The position numbers were made by a program, and so were the translations under genes. DNA of 63,718 nt, the filler included, from Octopus bimaculoides (taxonomy: Eukaryota): NCBI RefSeq assembly GCF_001194135.2. It is 5 parts of 4 records of this genome, joined end to end, with 100 filler letters (N's around TTAATTAATTAA, not from the genome) between each part and the next. Parts side by side here need not be neighbours in the genome. Positions count along the whole stretch, not along the records: positions 41,167 to 57,374 come from NC_068981.1; positions 57,475 to 61,679 come from NW_026402218.1; positions 61,780 to 63,718 come from NW_026379143.1; 2 more parts are not named here. One strand, 5' to 3'. Shown piece after piece: positions 51,880 to 63,718 of the stretch. The notes under the pieces are model-generated. The model did no database searches, was not told where the DNA came from, and was given only the letters and a program-made list of their open reading frames with translations. The number at the start of each line of letters is the position of its first letter. Position 1 is the first letter of the stretch.

Positions 51880-52120
51880 AAGAAGAAGAAGAAGAAGAAG
51901 AAGAAGAAGAAGAAGAAGAAGAAGAAGAAGAAGAAGAAGAAGAAGAAGAAGAAGAAGAAGAAGAAGAAGAAGAAGAAGAAGAAGACTGCGAGAGTGCGAC
52001 GATAGTAGCAGGATGTTAAATGGTTAAGTGCCCTGAAAGTGACTTCTTGTGGATGGTAGTAGTGATTGAATTCTTGAGACATCTCTTTTGAATGTATTGT
52101 TTATAATATTTGCGTAGGTG
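51880..52120 (+). repeat. (AAG)n-anchored dispersed repeat, copy 1
   Basis: (AAG)n followed by tgcgagagtgcgacgatagtagcaggatgttaaatggttaagtgccctgaaagtgacttcttgtggatggt. Confidence 0.8.
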
Positions 52121-52149
52121 TTATTCTAAATAACAGTAGTAGTAAAGTA

Positions 52150-52345
52150 AGGAAGAAGGTGGCGGAGAGGGAGAAGAAAACGAAGAAGAAAGAGAGAGCG
52201 AAGAGAAAATAAGAGAATGCGGGATGGTATAATAGTAGTAGGATGTTAAATGGTGAAGTGACCTAAAACTGGCTCCTTGTGGATTATAGCAATGAGTGGG
52301 ACTGTTTTTAATGAATTCTTGGGTATCGCTTTTGAATGTATCATT
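52150..52345 (+). repeat. (AAG)n-anchored dispersed repeat, copy 2 (diverged)
   Basis: GA-rich head, then atagtagtaggatgttaaatggtgaagtg..ttgtggat..gaattctt..cttttgaatgta. Confidence 0.7.
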
Positions 52346-52617
52346 TTTAATATTTGCATGTGTGTGCTTATGTCATTTGTTGTAGATGCATACAAAAGGG
52401 GTCTGTATTTTGTAATAAAGAGAGTCTCTTCACTAATTCGTTGGCATCAGATTGTATCGTCCCTGAATTAATAAAGAGTAAACATTGTGAAGATTGGATT
52501 TTTGTTATTGGTGTTCACTGAATGCTATGTTTCTGTTTTTGTTTGGGGTGGGGGGGGATTTTGATCTGGGATCTGTGCAGAGCAATCCTTTGATATAGAC
52601 TTCTTTTTGTTTAGCAC

Positions 52618-52817
52618 ACCATCCACAAGAAGTCACTTTCGAGGCACTTGACCATTTAACATCCTACTACTATCATAGCACTATCGCATTCTTCTTCTTC
52701 TTCTTCTTCTTCTTCTTCTTCTTCTTCTTCTTCTTCTTCTTCTTCTCTTTCTTCTTCTTCTTCTAGTTTTCTTCTTCTTCTTCTTCTTCTTCTTCTTCTT
52801 CTTCTTCTTCTTCTTCT
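52618..52817 (-). repeat. (AAG)n-anchored dispersed repeat, copy 3 (inverted)
   Basis: Reverse complement matches copy 1 at 64 of 71 nt, plus a (CTT)n tract. Confidence 0.85.
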
Positions 52818-53955
52818 CAGCCAAGAATTCACAACGACCTCGAACCCACATGAGTAATCAAGAGAGAAGGAGACAGGCAGAAACAAGGAAAATGCCCCTT
52901 GTATTTGAATACTATGCAAATAGTCTTTTAAAAAAACTTTTCATTTAATTTTCCCAAACTTTAATTTTTTCAAAATTGAATTGTTTTCCATACATCCAGT
53001 TGAAAAATTCTCAATAAACGAAACCGGTAGTGAAATGTATTTTACAAAATAATTNNNNNNNNNNNNNNNNNNNNNNNNNNNNNNNNNNNNNNNNNNNNNN
53101 NNNNNNNNNNNNNNNNNNNNNNNNNNNNNNNNNNNNNNNNNNNNNNNNNNNNNNNNNNNNNNNNNNNNNNNNNNNNNNNNNNNNNNNNNNNNNNNNNNNN
53201 NNNNNNNNNNNNNNNNNNNNNNNNNNNNNNNNNNNNNNNNNNNNNNNNNNNNNNNNNNNNNNNNNNNNNNNNNNNNNNNNNNNNNNNNNNNNNNNNNNNN
53301 NNNNNNNNNNNNNNNNNNNNNNNNNNNNNNNNNNNNNNNNNNNNNNNNNNNNNNNNNNNNNNNNNNNNNNNNNNNNNNNNNNNNNNNNNNNNNNNNNNNN
53401 NNNNNNNNNNNNNNNNNNNNNNNNNNNNNNNNNNNNNNNNNNNNNNNNNNNNNNNNNNNNNNNNNNNNNNNNNNNNNNNNNNNNNNNNNNNNNNNNNNNN
53501 NNNNNNNNNNNNNNNNNNNNNNNNNNNNNNNNNNNNNNNNNNTATATATATATATATCATATGAAGCATGGCATGTAAATGATTTATGCAACAATGACGG
53601 ATAACGTGTTTCAAGTCTATAGTCAAATTATTCCTCAAATCGACACAAAGGACAATGTGACAGAAATATATTCATACAAAAATTCAACAATTTATTTTCA
53701 ATATAGTGGTAACTAAGTGGCCGATTGTAGATGATAAAATGGTGGCTCCTATTAATTTGCTTTCATGATCGAGGTTACTATTATTTGGAGCTTTCTACTA
53801 ACATGTCCTCGTGTAGTCTTCTACTCATATAGGCTCATCCTTTCATCTGATGATACGCTGGGGTAGATTCGTGCGACTTCTTTGTACATGTATTCTAGGT
53901 TATCAGACAAAGAATGTTGATCAAGGAGCTGCCGTCCACGTATGTATGTTTGTAT

Positions 53956-54016
<61 letters not shown>

Positions 54017-55071
54017 ATAGGTATGTGTGTATGCGTGTATATATGTATGCATGTATGTATGCATGTATGCATGCATTATTCATGCATGCGTGTATTGATG
54101 TATATATGTAAGTTAGTATGTGCGTGTGTGAGTATGCACGTATGTATCATCCCAGTTTCATTGAATCAGAGATGATATTCCCAAATAAGAATTACTAACA
54201 TTTGAATGGTGGTGTATACGTTACGGCACAGTCCCGTATTTTTCAACTATATTTTGCCCTTACAATATATATGTTGTTTCTGTAATTATTACTAAATCGC
54301 AAGCGTAAAATAAGGAAATGGCCGAGTATCCCTATAAAATAATCTTCGTAATGATGTTTAAAATATTTTCTCATTAGCAATTATGTATATCTACTTTTGA
54401 CAAATTAAGAAATCACATGTCATATTAAGACTGTTACACATCCGTGATATGTTCTTCGCTGTAATACATAAATATTAATGGAACCTCCGAGATTTGTTTC
54501 CCTTTCCGAGATATGGAACACAATTTCTTCGTTTCGTATAATCCGATACAGAAATAAGTTATATGCTATTTTCGTGCAGACGAATTGTAGTCTAATGTCT
54601 CCGCGATAAGATGGACATGTAATAACGTATTATTGAAATTACTAATGCAGCTGATATACCATACAAGTATACGCCAATAACAGTATTCTTGAAATTAGTG
54701 GTATCTGATACGCTTGTTAATTTTGTTATCAAGATGGAAGCTAACACTCTCATTATATCAAATCTGGTTATATCATCAAATATAATTGTATTAGATTTGT
54801 TGGCACGAACAACAGAAGCCATTTATATTATTTCTTTACACGACGTTTCTCCATGACCACTACTGCCTTAAAGATAAGCATTATAATGCATATTTAAAAT
54901 TAGGTGACAGTAAAAGTTGTAGTAAAGATATATGCTAAAATGCTGTTTACTTGTGATCTTTATGTAGATTATTTCAACTTCACAACACTTAGAATTATAT
55001 GTATTCAGCATCTATTTGAATATGAAGGAAATACCGATCGTAGTCTCAAGATCTCTCTCTCTTTCTCTGTC

Positions 55072-55113
<42 letters not shown>

Positions 55114-55796
55114 NNNNNNNNNNNNNNNNNNNNNNNNNNNNNNNNNNNNNNNNNNNNNNNNNNNNNNNNNNNNNNNNNNNNNNNNNNNNNNNNNNNNNNN
55201 NNNNNNNNNNNNNNNNNNNNNNNNNNNNNNNNNNNNNNNNNNNNNNNNNNNNNNNNNNNNNNNNNNNNNNNNNNNNNNNNNNNNNNNNNNNNNNNNNNNN
55301 NNNNNNNNNNNNNNNNNNNNNNNNNNNNNNNNNNNNNNNNNNNNNNNNNNNNNNNNNNNNNNNNNNNNNNNNNNNNNNNNNNNNNNNNNNNNNNNNNNNN
55401 NNNNNNNNNNNNNNNNNNNNNNNNNNNNNNNNNNNNNNNNNNNNNNNNNNNNNNNNNNNNNNNNNNNNNNNNNNNNNNNNNNNNNNNNNNNNNNNNNNNN
55501 NNNNNNNNNNNNNNNNNNNNNNNNNNNNNNNNNNNNNNNNNNNNNNNNNNNNNNNNNNNNNNNNNNNNNNNNNNNNNNNNNNNNNNNNNNNNNNNNNNNN
55601 NNNNNNNNNNNNNNNNNNNNNNNNNNNNNNNNNNNNNNNNNNNNNNNNNNNNNNNNNNNNNNNNNNNNNNNNNNNNNNNNNNNNNNNNNNNNNNNNNNNN
55701 NNNNNNNNNNNNNNNNNNNNNNNNNNNNNNNNNNNNNNNNNNNNNNNNNNNNNNNNNNNNNNNNNNNNNNNNNNNNNNNNNNNNNNNNNNNNNNNN

Positions 55797-55829
<33 letters not shown>

Positions 55830-55917
55830 TTGTTGTATTTATTCGGTGCTCGCTTACTTCAGCTTTTATTTCAGAATAATTATATTTCGGTCAGAATTAG
55901 ATTATATTTTCTCTCTC

Positions 55918-55965
<48 letters not shown>

Positions 55966-56061
55966 TCTCTCTCTCTCTTTCTCTCCCTCTCTCTCTCTCA
56001 TATGTGTGTGTGTGTTTGACCTGTGAGTACGCATGCTTATATTCTTTCTTTTTATTCTTTT

Positions 56062-56429
56062 ACTTATTTCAGTAATTTGACTGCGGCCATGTTGCAGCAC
56101 CGCCTTTGGTCGAACAATTCGACGCCAGGATTTACTCTTTGTAAGCGTAGTACTTATTCTATCGTTCTCTTTTGCCGAACCGCTATACAGGGCCATAAAA
56201 AAACATCAACGTCGGTTTTCAATGATGGTGGAAGGACACACAGAGACAGACACACACAAATATATATATACGACGGACTTCTTTCAGTTTCCATCAATAA
56301 AATCCACTCACAAGGCTTTGGTCGATCCGAGGCAAGACTAGAAGACACTGGCCAAAGATGCCACGTAGTGTGACTGAATTCGGAACCATGTAGTTGAGAA
56401 GAAAGCTGCTTACCACACAGCCTGCGCCT
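56062..56429 (-). mobile_element. SINE family A, full length
   Basis: Reverse complement of the 7081-7490 pattern. Confidence 0.85.
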
Positions 56430-57291
56430 ATATGTAAAAATTATTCTTTATATAATGTTGTATTATAGTTTCGGGATAACTAAATTACCAAAACGATATC
56501 ATGTTAGAATAGTAGTGACATACCCAGAAATCATAGAACTGGATAGTTTTCTTATCTAAGCATTATGAAGTCATCATTGGTATCATCAGATGAAGAAATC
56601 AATATCATGCGAAAGAATAGCTTAACAGTAAGGTAATTTACAACTGGGTGTGTGAAATAAAATATAAAATACAATGGTCAACGGGCTCCGGACATTGATG
56701 CATTGGTTGTAGTCACGTTGTACTTTCTCATGAACCAAGTAATTTTTTTTTCTCGTTTACAATGTCTCTTTACAATACTAAATAGCTCATGGTATGACAT
56801 AATGATTAGCATCAAAATGTTTCAGCCATTGCATTTGCCAAGTTTATTGATAGATAATGTTGTGGAAGTTATATGTACGGTCTCTCTGACATGTTAGACT
56901 TACAAGAAACAACAGAATATCAAAACAGTTGCTTTGCTGCGAATTTAAAGAACAGGATAAAGGCGACAGCAATTCGTGCTGCATTTATAACAACATCTAC
57001 AAGAGAAATTTAATATAGATGTCTTATTCCCCACAACAGATGAACAAGTATTTATAACGATACAAAGGCTTGGTTAACATAACTCAAAAGAAGGAAGCAA
57101 TCTAAGCAGCAAGTGCCACATTAAATCACTATTGGTGTTGGAAGGATGCTGGAAATACGCTTTGAAAAACTATTCTAGACTATCAAACACAGACATCAAA
57201 GTGGCTTGATTCAGATATCTACGTACGCAAGCACTCTCAGAAATCACATCGCATATACATTTGAATGCAAAGTTACAAACTCATATACATG

Positions 57292-57344
<53 letters not shown>

Positions 57345-57374
57345 ACTCATACACACACACACACACACACACAA

Positions 57375-57474
57375 NNNNNNNNNNNNNNNNNNNNNNNNNN
57401 NNNNNNNNNNNNNNNNNNTTAATTAATTAANNNNNNNNNNNNNNNNNNNNNNNNNNNNNNNNNNNNNNNNNNNN
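57375..57474. other. Artificial scaffold-join spacer
   Basis: 44 N + TTAATTAATTAA + 44 N. Confidence 0.95.
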
Positions 57475-57686
57475 CACACGCACATATACATACACATTCT
57501 TACAAATTCATTTGCCTGTTTCATTGACTCGAAGCAATATGGGCCACACCAATATGAGCTAGCTGATCGAATAAATCGAGCTCACTCCAGAGTTTGGAGT
57601 GTTGTGTCAGTTTACCGAATTGCTATGTTTACATGTATGTGTGCAAAGTCGCACCTGTTGCCAAATATTGACGACGGTGAGAAATG

Positions 57687-57728
<42 letters not shown>

Positions 57729-57744
57729 CATACATACATAGACA

Positions 57745-58110
57745 CACAATTACACTAGACGTACACATGAAAAGCGACTTTAACCGCATTGGTCGATCTG
57801 AGGACATCTCAAAACTGTAGAAAGACCTGAATGAAATATACAAATGGGCTAACAAAAATAACATGCAGTTCAATGCTATGAAATTTCAGGCACACCACTA
57901 TCGGTGCAACACCAGGTTAAAATCGGAATACACTGGACCAGAAGGTAATACGATCCCAGTGTCAGAGTCGGTGCGTAACCTGGGGGGTTCACATGAGCAA
58001 TGATGTAATATTCCATGTGCATATTACCAAAATGGTAACACTGTGCAGGCGAGAATCTGGCCGGATTCTGAGGACATTCAGAACCAAGAGAAGGAGGCCC
58101 TAATACACAA
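57745..58110 (+). mobile_element. CR1-group LINE RT (post-YADD) relic
   Basis: KDLNEIYKWANKNNMQFNAMKFQ..SVRNLG..HITKMV..GRILRTF. Confidence 0.75.
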
Positions 58111-58119
58111 GCAATTGTG

Positions 58120-59530
58120 CAGAAGGTTGTCTTATCTGGCCCCCTTCCGTTCATGTGCCTCCTCACACCCCCTTTTCCCACAGGATTTTTTATTCAATTA
58201 TGACAATTTTCTTGGCCTCTTCACATCTGGCCTCAGGGTTGTATGGACAACCTGGACAACCTGAGGAAACTGCAATCTCTCCCCTAAGTCCACTTTCTTA
58301 TCCCATGGTTGAGATCCTTGCAGGAATCTATTTTTGTTGACTTAACTGGCCTCTCTCCCTATTTCACGAACTGTTGTTGCTTTCCCTTGGTGATGATTTT
58401 TCTTGCGCCTTTCCTTCACCAAGGTGCGAGCAAGTATTGCAAGCACCCTATCGCGGCGCCGTTTGTATCTGCCTTGAATAAGTGCAATTTTACACCTTGC
58501 CAAGATATGTGACAGCGTGCCCCTCTCTCCACAAAGTCTACACAGCTGGTCTTCCCTCAAACCCCATCTGTGCAGGTATGTTGGCGTCGGGAGTGTGTGA
58601 GGACTCCTTCCGCAGCAGGAAGGAGATGCGAAAAGGTCCCAGCCTCCACAGATCAGTCTATGTGAGCTTCCTCTTAGGGAGATCCCATTTAGTCCATGCA
58701 CCGTGAGATACCAACTCCACAGCTCTTGATTTCCTTTTATCTTTCTCCTGGTACCGCACCACTTCCTGGGTCATGCCCCGCTTCTCCTTGGTGCCTCCTT
58801 TCTTCCACTGTTGGAAATTGGAACGCCTAAGACCCTGGCGACCCCTGCATGTAGCTCCAATGATGTCGCGTAGCTCCAGCATGCCTTCAGCCTGGACCAC
58901 AGCGGTACTAGCTACCCATTTTCGCCCAGAGTTTGTTATAATACCTGCGTGTCTAACAAGCTCGTCCTTAGACTCTCTGCATATCATTACAACAATCTAC
59001 ACATACGTATAGGTATATTATATATATATATATATAATGTTCAACTATTGTTACCTAATGTTCTAGAACCATATACACTACAGTCAATTTAAAAGATATG
59101 AAAGATAACAGGGGGTGTTGTAGCTGTTGTCCTGATCTTACGTACAGGCCTATTGAAGTGAAGCTCGGGGAAACTCCTAGTATCTATCTTCCACTCCACC
59201 ATTCCCATGCTTGTCATTGGAACTTCATAGGGCGTGAACAATCATACGATTCTTGGGAGCAATCCACGTGGATAGAGCCATGCCCTGAACTTTCCTGGAA
59301 GCCCTGATCACTCAGTCATCATCAGCCATCATCCATGAAGCCCTTTCTTGGGTGCTGACAGCTGCCTGATTCCATTGTTGGTCCTTGGGTTTCTCTGTCA
59401 GCAGTTGATATGAGGAGATCCATACCCATGATGCCCCATCTCATTCTTGCAGATCTTTCTGTAGTAACACTATTTCCAATACCTACCCAGCTACTGATGT
59501 TTCAACAGGTGCTGCAAATGATAACTGCAG
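58120..59530 (-). mobile_element. Hero/NeSL-like RLE-type LINE relic, interrupted at ~58980-59090
   Basis: SGLPGKFRAWLY..YEVPMT; PSFTSIGLYVRSGQ; GRKW.AS.AV.QAE..GRQGL; QGAWTKW; CRLCGERGTLSHIL..QGRY; TTLRPD..WEKGCEEAHERK. Confidence 0.8.
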
Positions 59531-59614
59531 TTGCAGCACATGTATATATACATATATCTACATATACACAAACATATATGCATATATATACACAAGCATA
59601 AATATGTGTGTATG

Positions 59615-59759
59615 CATGTGTGTGGTAAGTAGGCTTGCATACCAACCATATGGTTCCGGGTTCATTCCTGCTGCGTGGGACCTTGGGCAAGTGGCTTCTA
59701 TAGCCTCAGGCCGACCAAAACCTTGTGAGTGGATTTGGTAGACGTAAACTGAAAGAAGC

Positions 59760-59857
<98 letters not shown>

Positions 59858-60055
59858 GTTTGTGTGTCTGTGTTTGTCCCACTACCATTGATTGACAACC
59901 GATGTTGATGTGTTTACATCCCCGTAAGCTAATGATTCTGCAAAAAGTGACCGAGAGAATAAGTACTAGGAGAATAAGTCCTGGAGTCGATTCGGTCGAC
60001 TAAATGCTATGCTCCAGCATGGCCGCAGTCAAATGACTGAAACAAATCAAACAAG
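59615..60055 (+). mobile_element. SINE family A with an expanded internal (TG)n
   Basis: Family A head, ~90-nt (TG)n, family A tail. Confidence 0.85.
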
Positions 60056-60561
60056 AAAAATGAATGATAATGAATACACGTATACACACACACATATATA
60101 TATACATATATATTTAAACATTTTATATACGCCATTTTATATTTTTAATTTCGCGCATGCACATTTCTTGTTTTTGATTTTGCCCACTACACAGTATACA
60201 TACATACATACATACATGCAATCTTATTGATTGATAACATGTGTCGTTTTGAATTACTTTAAACTATTATAAAGGTCTTCTAATCTTAATTTTCTTAAAG
60301 CCGTATTTTATTGTATTTTAAACAAATACAAATTTTTGTTGTTATTCGCTTCTTTCATGCGAATACCGATATTTATTCAGAATATAGTTGATTCCCTGCT
60401 CGTTGTCTGCTCACCACATTCGTCGTCAACTTTTCATTCCATTTTCTAGCAATTAATGAATTAATAATGTACATATTTTCGGTTCGGTGTTTCCGAAATT
60501 TTTTGCGACATTATATAAGCTGAACATGTTCAGTTTCTCAACAAGTAGTTCGTACTTTACA

Positions 60562-60613
<52 letters not shown>

Positions 60614-60975
60614 NNNNNNNNNNNNNNNNNNNNNNNNNNNNNNNNNNNNNNNNNNNNNNNNNNNNNNNNNNNNNNNNNNNNNNNNNNNNNNNNNNNNNNN
60701 NNNNNNNNNNNNNNNNNNNNNNNNNNNNNNNNNNNNNNNNNNNNNNNNNNNNNNNNNNNNNNNNNNNNNNNNNNNNNNNNNNNNNNNNNNNNNNNNNNNN
60801 NNNNNNNNNNNNNNNNNNNNNNNNNNNNNNNNNNNNNNNNNNNNNAACTGGCACATTCCGTATAATGCCGCGCGTCGAAAAATGACGACGACGACAACAC
60901 GCCAAGGAACACACGCTTTCAACATCACACGCACAAACATGCATTCACGCACACAAGACTATACGTATGCATGCA

Positions 60976-61027
<52 letters not shown>

Positions 61028-61468
61028 CACACACACATTCCAGTTATACAAGAGATAAACGATATGCACGAAGTAAAATACGCGTTATTCATTCACCTGT
61101 CCCCTTCCAAATTGGCACAGTCAGGCAAACACGATATCTTTACAACATAAATACACACACAAACATATATATATAACCACTACAATGATTCAATCAAAAA
61201 TAGACACACACACACATACACGTAACCACACACGTCCATGTGGATGTTCCGTATGCATTCCTCAAACAAACCGTGGTATAAGATACACATGCACACACGG
61301 TGTGTATGTACTTGGTGTGTGTGTGTCTCGTGTGCGAAAGAAATTGAATGACGTAAACAATACAGGCAGGCATTCAGTTGTCCGCAAGCACGTGTGTACC
61401 CGCTCTCACATATACAAATAACGTTCACGTGCACACATAGCCACCCACACACACACACACACACACAC

Positions 61469-61587
61469 AAGGCTTTGGTCGGCTCGAGGCTATAGTAGAA
61501 GACACTTGCCCAAGGTGCCACGCAGTAAGACTGAACCCAGAACCATGTGGATGGTAAGCAAGCTATTCACCACACAGCCACTCCTAT
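61469..61587 (-). mobile_element. SINE family A head
   Basis: aaggctttggtcggctcgaggctatagtagaagacacttgcccaagg..caccacacagccactcctat. Confidence 0.85.
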
Positions 61588-61679
61588 ATCTTTTTCTTGC
61601 TTTGAAGCAAAATACGTTTGCCTTCATTTTGTTACACACGATCTCAACTCAATACAAACAAAACTATCTGCTCAAAAGG

Positions 61680-61779
61680 NNNNNNNNNNNNNNNNNNNNN
61701 NNNNNNNNNNNNNNNNNNNNNNNTTAATTAATTAANNNNNNNNNNNNNNNNNNNNNNNNNNNNNNNNNNNNNNNNNNNN
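61680..61779. other. Artificial scaffold-join spacer
   Basis: 44 N + TTAATTAATTAA + 44 N. Confidence 0.95.
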
Positions 61780-62334
61780 TATGTGTGTGTGTGTGTGTGT
61801 GTATATACATGTACACATTTATAAATACATATATATTTTTCTTTTTATTTGCTGTACTCTCATTCTCTGTTTTCTCAGTTCTCTCTCTCTCTCTCTCTCT
61901 GTATGTATGTACCTGTATACACTCACACACACACATACAGACATGTATACATAAATATATATGTGAGTATATATATGCGTGTATGTGCGCGTGTGTGTTA
62001 TATACATGTATGCGTATAAATTTATATACCCTCAGGCGTGGCTGTTTCCACGTTGAGTCGTCCCATCTCATGGAACCTTGACCAAGTGAGAACTAGTAAT
62101 AGCCCCGGCTACCTAAATCATTCAGACTAGATTTGGGAGACGTAAACGAAAGAAACTTTTACCTTGCTTGCAGGAAATTTACAAACATGCAGCCTGACGG
62201 ACTCAAAGAATTATTAAATGTTTGGCTCACTCTTCGTGTATATCTATGTCTGTCATTTTTCACTTTGTCATTATATATCATGCGTTACAAATGAGATCCT
62301 AGCTCGTTTTTGTGTGTGTGTGTGTGTGTGTTAT

Positions 62335-62597
62335 TTCTTTACTACCCACAAGGGGCTACACACAGAGGGTACAAACAAGGACAGACAAACGGATTAAATC
62401 GATTATATCGACCCAGTGCGTAACTGGTACTTATTTAATCGACCCCGAAAGGATGAANNNNNNNNNNCGGATTAAATCGATTATATCGACCCAGTGCGTA
62501 ACTGGTACTTATTTAATCGACCCCGAAAGGATGAAAGGCAAAGTCGACCTCGGCGGAATTTGAACTCAGAACGTAGCGGCAGACGAAATACCGCTAG
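62335..62597 (-). mobile_element. SINE family D (contains an assembly-duplicated 68-nt overlap)
   Basis: atcgaccccgaaaggatgaaaggcaaagtcgacctcggcggaatttgaactcagaacg..accgcta. Confidence 0.85.
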
Positions 62598-63242
62598 TGT
62601 GTGTGTGTGTGTGTGTTTATATGTATGCTCTTAAATGAAAGAGATACAAATGAAACAACTCTAGTTTGTATCGATAATTTATGCATGAACATTAAGAAAT
62701 GAAATGAAACCCCAATTTGACCCCGACGGCATTTTATAACATATTGCAGAAATATGGAACGAATGCTGCAATTTCTTTAAATATTTTTGCTCCAAGATTT
62801 TGGAACGGTTTGAATAATTTTGAATCCTCTCAATTTTATAATCCATGGAAATTTCGTTGCTTTCTTTTAGTTTAGTCTCAGATCTACCCAAAGATCCATG
62901 CCATCTTAACTAAGAAATATTATCATAGCCTACTCGAATCAGGATCTCTATGCTTAGCATATAGCTATACGTCGTTGATTTTTCTGGGATTTCCTGAAGG
63001 AATATAGCTTCAGGTCATTTCTTTCTCCATTTGTTTCAATGAAATGTTGAATTGAGTAGGACCATTTGTGCTAAAAACCGTTGTAGTGCTCTGTATCTAT
63101 GCAGCATGCGTTATATAAAATTAATGTCGTTTTTTTTTTGGTGGGGGGGGACTCTGATTTCACAAACGAAGTAGCGTTCGTTGCTTCTTTTCGGATTTCT
63201 GAATTCAAAGTTTTGAAGTGATCCCTGTAATCAAGCTGCGCC

Positions 63243-63345
63243 CGTGTCATTTACAGCAACAGCAGCAGCAGCAGCAGCAGCAGAAGAAGAAGAAGAAGAA
63301 GAAGAAGAAGAAGAAGAAGAAGAAGAAGAAGAAGAAGAAGAAGGA
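63243..63345. repeat. (CAG)n-(AAG)n compound microsatellite (tract proper ~63256-63341)
   Basis: Directly visible. Confidence 0.9.
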
Positions 63346-63671
63346 AGCGGATGAGGATTTCTCTTACTGGCCAGGAGGGACCAGGACATTCAGGAAAACA
63401 TCAAAAGACGAAATGCAACGCACAATAAGGGGGTGTTTGCATTGATCAAGAAAAGAAACAACAAGGACTTAAGACAGGATTTTTAAAATAGAATTTAGAA
63501 AAATAAATGAAGCACTCGTCCTGTGCTGCGTGTAGGACGGGTTCTTCCCAGTAGATGCATCTCGGTCATGTTCGGCTCTTGGTGCTTCCATGCCTGAAGA
63601 GATTGTCACTAAAATGTAATGATCCTCTGTAACAATGTTGTGCCAAAGAGTTAAGGAAATTGTTCAGAGTC

Positions 63672-63718
63672 TAGGCGCAGGAGTGGCTGTGTGGTAAGTA
63701 GCTTGCTTACGAACCACA
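63672..63718 (+). mobile_element. SINE family A head, runs off the window edge
   Basis: taggcgcaggagtggctgtgtggtaagtagcttgcttac. Confidence 0.85.

Noticed and set aside
54592-54822. 76-aa ORF with a C-terminal hydrophobic segment (MASVVRANK..SRRH)
   Set aside because: No recognisable family, an in-frame stop lies just upstream, and the neighbouring sequence looks like decayed repeat. It would need Ribo-seq or conservation support.
62390-62535. 68-nt exact direct repeat flanking 10 N
   Set aside because: Contig-overlap artefact, not a biological duplication or a CRISPR-like repeat.
63355-63560. Possible RTE fragment (DIQENIKRR..STRPVL)
   Set aside because: Similarity is too weak and fragmented to call.

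Overview
This is eukaryotic DNA: AT-rich, microsatellite-saturated and gap-ridden, from a coleoid cephalopod, very probably Octopus (inferred from the S-crystallin sequence and repeat families). It is not contiguous. Four artificial 100-nt spacers (44 N + TTAATTAATTAA + 44 N) stitch five scaffolds together. The only host gene I can support is a partial S-crystallin (sigma-class GST-derived lens protein) on the minus strand. It has three coding exons (31671-31539, 28531-28436, 22120-22005; 115 codons, GT-AG introns with matching phases), and its 3' exons are lost at the join at 20761-20860. The rest is mostly mobile-element debris: Penelope-like, RTE/BovB, Tx1/L1, CR1/Jockey-group, R4/Dong and Hero LINEs, a Helitron, two mariner-type relics, MITEs and at least three SINE families. 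The best leads are: (1) a minimal hammerhead ribozyme in a Penelope-like tail (40151-40188); (2) the S-crystallin paralogue's unusual residues and ARE/TATA upstream region; (3) a CpG-depleted domain over the first ~17 kb suggesting an unseen methylated gene body; (4) tandem R4/Dong LINEs joined by a (TAA)n tract; (5) fold-back repeats that are candidate A-to-I editing substrates; (6) a hairpin carrying a miR-184-like seed. I found no convincing wholly new multi-gene system, no CRISPR array, no rRNA and no genuine tRNA. TE boundaries are approximate and all family assignments come from reading by eye.
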